This document shows, piece after piece, positions 57,201 to 64,000 of a stretch of 64,000 nt of DNA. The position numbers and the translations under genes are program-made. The notes under the pieces were generated by a model. It saw nothing but the letters and a program-made list of their open reading frames with translations, did no database searches and was not told the origin of the DNA. This DNA comes from the human T2T-CHM13v2.0 reference genome, Homo sapiens. Position 1 is the stretch's first letter, and each line of letters starts with the position of its first letter. The stretch lies in the NCBI RefSeq assembly GCF_009914755.1, contig NC_060930.1. One strand, given 5' to 3'.

Positions 57201-59126
57201 TTCATTGATCTTTTCCATGGTTTTCTTCATTTCAAATTTACTTTTTTCCCCTTTGATCTTTATTACTTTTTTCTTCTACTAATCTAGGGTTTCATTTGTT
57301 GTTGCTTTTCTAGTTCTTGAAGATACATCATTAGATTGTTTATTTGAGGGTTTTTTTTTTTTGATGTAGGTACTTAATAGCTATCAACTGCCCTCTTAGT
57401 TCTGCTTTTGCTGTGTCCTATAGGTTTAGGTATGTTGTGTTTCTATTATCATTTGTTTTAAGAAGTTTTTAAATTTTCATCTTAATTTCTTCATTGACCG
57501 ACTGTACAATCAGGGGCATGTTGTTTAATTTCCATGTATTTTTATAGTTTCCAAAATTCCTCTTGTTAATTTCTGTTTTATTCCATTTTGTTAAGAGAAG
57601 ATGGCCGATATTATTTCAAGTTTTTTGAATGTTTTAAGACTTGTTTCGTGACCTAACATATGGCCTATTCTTGAGAATATTCCATGTACTGAGGAGAATG
57701 TGTATTCTGCAGCTGTTGCATGAAATGCTCTGTAAATACCTTTTAGATCAATTTTGGTCTACAGTGCAGATAAAGTCTGATGTTTCTTTGGCGATTTTCC
57801 ATCTGGAAATGTGTGCAATGCTGAAAGTGAGGTGTTGAAGTTTTCAGCTATTATTGTATTGGGGTCTATCTTTCTTTTAAGCTCTAATATTTTCTTTATA
57901 TATCAGGGCTTTCCACTGTTGGGAGCATATATATTTAAAATTATTATATCCTCTTGCTGAATTGACCATTTTATTATGTAATCAACTGACTTGTCTCTTC
58001 TTATAATTTTTGTCTGGAAATCTGCTTTGTCTGATATAAGTGTAGCTATTCCTGATCTCTTTTTTTGTTTCCATTAGCATGGAATATCTTTTTAAATTAT
58101 TTTTTTTAATCTTCAGTCTATGTGTGTCTTTATAGGTGAAGTGTGTTTCTTGAGGGCAACAAATCAATAGATCTTGTGCTTTTATTTATCCAACCAGTCT
58201 ATGTCTTTTGATTGGAGAATTTGATCCATGTACATCAATATTATTGATAAGTAAGAACTTACTCTTACCATTTCATTGTTTTTTCTTGTTGTTTTGTGGT
58301 GTTCACTTCTTTTTCTCACTGTCTTCCTGTAGTGAAGATGCTTTTCTATGGTGATATGATTTGTTTTCTTTTTCTTTTTTTGTGTATTCATTGTATGTTT
58401 TTGGGTTGAGGTTACCATGAGGTTTGCAAATACTATCTTATATAAGCCACTATTTTAATCTGATAAAAACCTACCACTGTTTGCACAAACAAGCAAAAGC
58501 AGAAAGAAAACTAACTAAAGTTCTATGCCTTAATTTGTCACTCTGCTATTTAACTTTTTTGGTTTATATTTTTATCTTATTGTACTATGTATGTCTTGAA
58601 AAGTTGTATTATTTTTGATTCATTGTTTTTTTTTTCTACTTAGGATAAGAGTAGTTTACATACCACAGTTACAGTGTTAAAATATTCTGTGTCTTTCTTT
58701 TTACTTACTATTACCAGTGAGCTTTGTACCTTTAGGTGATTACTTATCACTCACTAACATTCTGCTCTTTCTGATTGAAGCACTCTCTTTAGCATTCCTT
58801 ATAGGATAGGTCTGGTGTTGATGAAATTCCACAGCTTTTCTTTTTCTGGAAAAATCTTTATTTTTCCTTCATGTTTGAAGGATATTTTTGCCAGATATAT
58901 TATTCTAGGGTAAAAGTTGTTTTGTTTTTATTTCCTTAAACACTTCAAATATGTCGTGCCACTGTCTCCTAGCCTGTAAGATCGCCACTAAAAAGTCTGT
59001 CATCAGATGTATTACAGCTCCATTGTGTATTATGTGTTTCTTTTTTTTCTTTTTTTTTTTTTTTTTGGCTTCTTTTAGTATCCTTTTTAAATACTTGATC
59101 TTTGGGAGTTTGATTATTAAATGCCA
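54262..59126 (-). mobile_element. L1MA1/2-like element: 3'UTR, decayed ORF2, partial ORF1
   Basis: ORF 56838..57230 KINETKSWFFEKLNKI...GPSGFTAEF (ORF2p); 57982..58167 ICCPQETHFTYKDTHRLKIK (endonuclease); 58905..59129 LQARRQWHDIF (ORF1p). Confidence 0.95.
55300..55378 (+). mobile_element. Severely 5'-truncated Alu with an 18-bp TSD
   Basis: gcagtgagccgagattgcaccactg...gactccatctc + A17; TSD tagaattgtttaagctcc/tagaattgtttaagatcc. Confidence 0.95.
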
Positions 59127-62100
59127 CAAAGTCTCTTATGCTGTCTCACTGTTTTTTTTTAATTCATTTTTTCTTTTTGCTTCAAGATTGAATGATTTCC
59201 AGTGGCTTAGCTTTGAGTGTACTGATTTCTTCTGTTTAGTTTGTTGTTAAAACTCTCTATTCAGTATCTCAGTTTATTTATAGAATTCTTCAAGTCTATG
59301 ATTTCTGTTTGGTACATTTTTATAATTCCTATCTCTTTATTTAAATTGTAGGTTTGTTGCTACATTGCTCTCCTTACCTCTATAAGCCCCTTTATTACCA
59401 TTATTTTGAATTCTTTCTTGGATATATCACATATCTCCACTTCATTCAGCTCAGTTGCTGGAGAATTAGCCTTTTTTTGTAGGTAAATTTTTATTTGATA
59501 TATTAATCCTTGTTTCTTCATTTTCTTTTATTTGCCTTCTCTTTATTTTCCAACTCTTCATGTTGGTTTCTGTGCATTATATAACACAATGCCTCTCCCA
59601 GGCTTGTCAGACTGCCCTGGTATAGAAGAAAGATTTCATGAATCTTTTCTGGTCATTGTTTTAAGGTGCCTCTCAAATGTTTGTGTTTATACAAACCGCT
59701 ATCTCTGTTTTTGGTGATTCCCTAGAGATTACAATGTGCCATGTCCTGTGAGTATTTCTAAGATCAATAAGGCAGAAGCCAGACCCTTTAGATGTAACTG
59801 GAAAGGTTGGGGTGTTGAACATTCCATTTCCTTCTATCCTCCTCATAAAACTAATATGGGTGTTTATGTCCCAATCTCTCTATGCTAATCTACTAAACTA
59901 ATTTAAAGAGATGATCTGTGACTAATATCTGTGCTTGAGTTAAGGCTTCACCCTCTGATTCTGGGGAGATAGCTGCTGGAAGCAGGCCCACTGTATGCCC
60001 ATCTTTTTGGTTTTCTGGGGTTTAGGGCTACTCAGGAATGGAAAGCACCATTAACTCCCAGATTTACACTATTGAGGAGACAGACTTTGGGGTGGGATCT
60101 TTAAAAGTTGTGGCAGTGGGTGCATAAACAAACTTTTTCCAGGAAGAATGGGTAGACCTGGATTTATCACTGGGGCAAGCTGGAAGAAAAGTTTAGGAAG
60201 TGCTGAGCTCTGGCTCAAGCTGCCATGTGGCTACTGTTTGTATGTCCCACTTAGCTCCCCAATGAAAGTTTGTTAGAAGCCAGTCCATCAAGTAGGTACT
60301 GTATTCCATTGTCTTTTCTGCATTGCTCCCAGAGGGTGTGGCATCTGAAAGCACTTGCACACCCATTTAAAACCAACTTTATGTCTTGTGACATAAGGAG
60401 ACTTACATTTGCCTAATATTTCCTGTTTCCAGAGTCCTTCAGGTGTTGCAGGAAGTCAGGGACCCCAAACGGGTCTCTTAATACTGTTATCTTCATAAGC
60501 TGAGGATGTACATCACCTCAGGACCCTGTGATGATTGCGTTAACTGTACAAATTGATTGTAAAACATGTGTTTGAACAATATGAAATCAGTGCACCTTGA
60601 AAAAGAACAGAATAACAGCAATTTTCAGGGAACAAGGGAAGACAACCATAAGGTCTGACTGCCTGCGGGGTCGGGCAGAATAGAGCCATATTTTTCTTCT
60701 TGCAGAGAGCCTATAAACAGACGTACAAGTAGGAGAGATATCATGAAATTCTTTTCCTAGCAAGGAATATAATATTAAGACCCTAGGAAAAGAATTGTAT
60801 TCCTGGGGGGAGGTCTATAAGTGGCCGCTGTGTGAGTGCCTGTTCTATGTGATTGAGATAAGGACTGAGATACGCCCTGGTCTCCTGTAGTACCCTCAGG
60901 CTTACTAGGATTGGGAAGCCCCAGCCCTGGTAAATTTGAGGTCAGACTGGTTCTCTGCTCTCGAACCCTGTTTTCTGTTAAGATGTTTATCAAGACAATA
61001 CGTGCACCACTGAACATAGACCCTTATCAGGAGTTTCTGATTTTTGCCCTGGTCCTGTTTCCTCAGAAGCATGTGATCTTTGCTCTGCCTTTTGCCCTTT
61101 GAAGCATGTGATCTTTGTGACCTACTCCCTGTTCATACACCCCCTCCCCTTTTGAAGTCCTTAATAAAAACCTGCTGGTTTTGTGGCTCAGGTGGGCATC
61201 ACAGACATACCGATACATGATGTCACCCCCGGTGGCCCAGCTATAAAATTCCTCTCTTTATACTCTTTCTCTTTATTTCTGAGACTGGCCGACACTTAGG
61301 GAAAATGGAAAGAACATACATTGAAATATTGGGGGTGGGTTCCCCTGATACTCAGGTAGTAATTGTAAAAGCTGGACTGTTCAATATATGGATAAACCCC
61401 TTCTGGAGAGAAGTAAGAAACTTCATTTTTAGAGTTCCCTCTCTGCATTGTTCCTTGAGGATGAAGCCTCTGAAAGTGCTTATACATCTATATAAACGGT
61501 TGCTCTTTGCTGTGGTCTAGAGAAATTTGTGTATACCTAGTTCCCTCTGCTCCCAGAGGTATGAGATTTAAGATGCAGTTTATGGGGTGGAAGATATAAA
61601 AGTTGAAGTGCTCAATATATGGACAAACTCCTTCCAGAAAAGATTAATAAACCTGGAGCTATTGTTGGGGCAAGCCAAGGAGAAGGCTCAGGATGGGGCA
61701 ATCTGCTTCTCAGTTGGCTACTATTTGCCCCTTCAACTCTCCTATGTAAGTCAGTTAGAAGCCAGGCTGCCAGGCAGAGACTGGAAGAGTGCACTTCTCC
61801 CAGAGAATGAGGCTCCTGGAAGTACTTCCACTCACATAGAAAACTGCTGTTTTTTCCTGTGGGCTATAGAGACTTACATATGCCTAATCGTCTCCATTCC
61901 CAGGGTTGCTGAATTAAGGGCCAAACTGTGGGGAACCTTAGAGTTAGGGCACTGTATGTAAGGTTCAAATCTTTCTCTCCACATGGAGAAGCTGGGGTGT
62001 TGGGCTCCTCTTTCCTGGTTGTATAGCTCTTTGTCTGGAGCAAGGTCTGTGTCTGAGGGTGACAGATTTTTCTACCCATCTGGTGTAGATTTTTTTAGTT

Positions 62101-62225
62101 GTCCTGTGAGTAGGAGTCTCCCAACTGGTTTTTTACTTTTTCTCAGAGAGAGATGATTTATGAATAGAAGGCTATTTGATGAATTCATGGATAGAGAGAC
62201 AGGGGCCTCCTATTCTATCATGTCA
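59127..62225 (-). mobile_element. Older L1M (L1M2/3-like) ORF1 start and 5'UTR with internal repeats
   Basis: Antisense ORF1-like T-rich sequence; repeated unit aaaagttg...acaaact..ttccag...acctgga...tggggcaagc near 60100 and 61598; terminal ggagtctcccaactgg...cctcctattct.tcat. Confidence 0.65.
60444..61350 (+). mobile_element. MER11 solo LTR (ERVK/HERV-K11), internally deleted
   Basis: Begins tgttgcaggaagtcagggacccc, ends gggttcccctgata; 6-bp TSD ttcagg/ctcagg; AATAAA near 61163. Confidence 0.92.
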
Positions 62226-62554
62226 CTGAGTTCAACCCCTTTAAAAGGATAACTTATGACAGTCATAAATGAGAAGCACATATTGCTATATGGCATAAAA
62301 TATTCAGAAATAAATATAACTACTCTTGCACTCTTTTGGTTTCCATTTACATGGGTACTTTTTTTATTTCTTCACTTTATGAGTGTCTTTTCAGGCAAAG
62401 TAAGTCTAATAGGCAGCATAATTCTTTTTTTAAAAATCTATTCTTTTGCTCTATGTAGTTACTGATATGCAAAGACTTACTAGTACCATTTTGTTGTTTT
62501 CTGATTGTTTTGTAGATTATTACTTGCTTCCTTTCTCTCTGGGTTAGTATTCAT

Positions 62555-62860
62555 CATCAAGCATATTTATAGTCACCTGCAATGTGTCATACAAAATTCA
62601 AGGCACTGTTTATATAGCCATAAATAAATAAAAGCTCCCTGCTTTTGTGAAGCTTATATTCTCATCGTCAATATAGATAATAAAAGATAAGCATCTAAAG
62701 TATTAGGTAGTAATGAACAAAATGAAGGGGAGCCTGACTCAAATAGGTGCTATTTTTAAGGATGACCAAAGAAGATAGAATTAGTCATGTGAGTATGTGG
62801 AAAAGAGCACTTCAGAGGAAGCAAATATTCAAGCCTTGATATTGGAATGTGCTTGGCATT
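62555..62860 (-). mobile_element. L2 3' end fragment
   Basis: tcatcaagcatatttat...aggcactg...ctccctgcttttgtgaagcttatattct...gaattagtcatgtgagtatgtggaaaagagca. Confidence 0.65.
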
Positions 62861-62999
62861 GAATGTAATTGGCATACAAAATGAACAAATGAATGAAAGA
62901 ATGAATTATTCAGTTATTTTAGCTGTGATTCTAGGGTTGCATAAGTTTTATTGATCAGCTCCATAGAGGGATGTCCTATTAGCTAGCTCCAGGCTTATA

Positions 63000-63200
63000 A
63001 TAATTGAGTACCTATCATTTGCTAGGCACTTTTTCCAACTTATTTGAAATTCTCATCACAAATCTAAGATTTTGTTATTATGCTTTTCCCTTTTCCTGAT
63101 AAGGGAACTGAAACTGAGATGCTAATATATTTCTCCATAACTGCATAATCCAGGATTCAAACACAGCCATATATTGTTCTATATCCAAAACTCTTTCTAC
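63000..63200 (-). mobile_element. MIR SINE
   Basis: attgagtacctatcatttgctaggcact...gataagggaactgaaactgaga...ccaggattcaaacacag. Confidence 0.75.
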
Positions 63201-64000
63201 CATGTCTTATTGCCTTTTATGACCAGTGAAGATAAAAGAATGTACATTTCCATTAGACAAAAAAGTAAGAGGTGTCCCAGTTATGTACTCCTAATAAAAA
63301 GTAGAATTTTATATGTGAACTTTCTTCACATATTAAAAAATATAAATTAAATTTTAACATAATTAACTAATCCTTGCTAAGCTTGACAAAGGAATATAAT
63401 GTCAAATATGATTTTAATGCAGATACCTATGATTTATCTACTAGGAATTTTCAACAGTAACTGTTACCATTTACATTTACCTTTAATGTTCTTATTAAGA
63501 CTATTAAGCATTCTCTATTTTTAGGGATGTACCACTCTTCAGTATTAATTATAGTTTAAGATAATATTTCAGAAGTTTACATTTAATACTAAAATTTACC
63601 TAATACCTATTTCCAATCAATAGATGACTATTACCTTTAAATTCCAATCACTCTATCTGGAACCTACTTAGTTCTCTCCTGATGATCTCGAGGGAACTGA
63701 ATGAAGTACTTTTCCTTGCTGGTAAAAAGTTATCTTTTTTTCCTGAGCATTACTACATTTCTCTCATAGTTACTCATTTTTGCTGTTTATGTTAAGAAAT
63801 CTCAGACACCTAAGACTCATCTAACTCTTACCTAATGGACTCACTTTGTCAGTCAAATCATACTCTGAAAAAGAGTCATTTATATTATTCCTCATGTCCT
63901 CCTCAACTTCCCCCTCCCTCTTCATTAATTGAAATATTTGCACTGAAATAATTTATTTTATTCAACAGAGTTTGACAACATTGCAACTTTGCAATTAAGA

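Noticed and set aside
56838-57230. 130-aa ORF with a clear protein-like sequence
   Set aside because: It is an L1 ORF2p fragment surrounded by frameshifts and stops, not a cellular gene.
61587-61961. 124-aa plus-strand ORF
   Set aside because: It falls in the repeated units of an old L1 5'UTR, has a non-ATG start and shows no homology I recognise.

Overview
AT-rich, CpG-poor primate (human-like) non-coding DNA, more than half of it interspersed repeats. These comprise Alu (J, S, Y), L1 fragments of several ages, L2, MIR, MaLR LTRs (MLT1/MST/THE1), a deleted HERV-L provirus with its MLT2 LTR, an ERVL-type solo LTR, a MER11 (ERVK) solo LTR and hAT/MER5 remnants. I cannot support any cellular protein-coding gene, tRNA, rRNA or CpG island. 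The only recognisable ORFs are decayed L1 ORF1/ORF2, HERV-L gag/pro/dUTPase and Alu-derived frames. The best leads outside repeats are minus-strand splice signals: a well-formed 28-nt candidate micro-exon (16807-16834) and a TATA/AP-1 plus double-donor cluster near 9.6-9.9 kb, which may mean the window lies inside a minus-strand transcript. The best structural observations are a fold-back palindrome at the HERV-L pol deletion breakpoint, two collapsed nested-L1 composites (27-36 kb and 52-62 kb) and several local duplications. I found no evidence for a novel multi-gene system. Repeat subfamily names are recalled by eye from consensus sequences and need confirmation with RepeatMasker/Dfam; boundaries of old elements are approximate.
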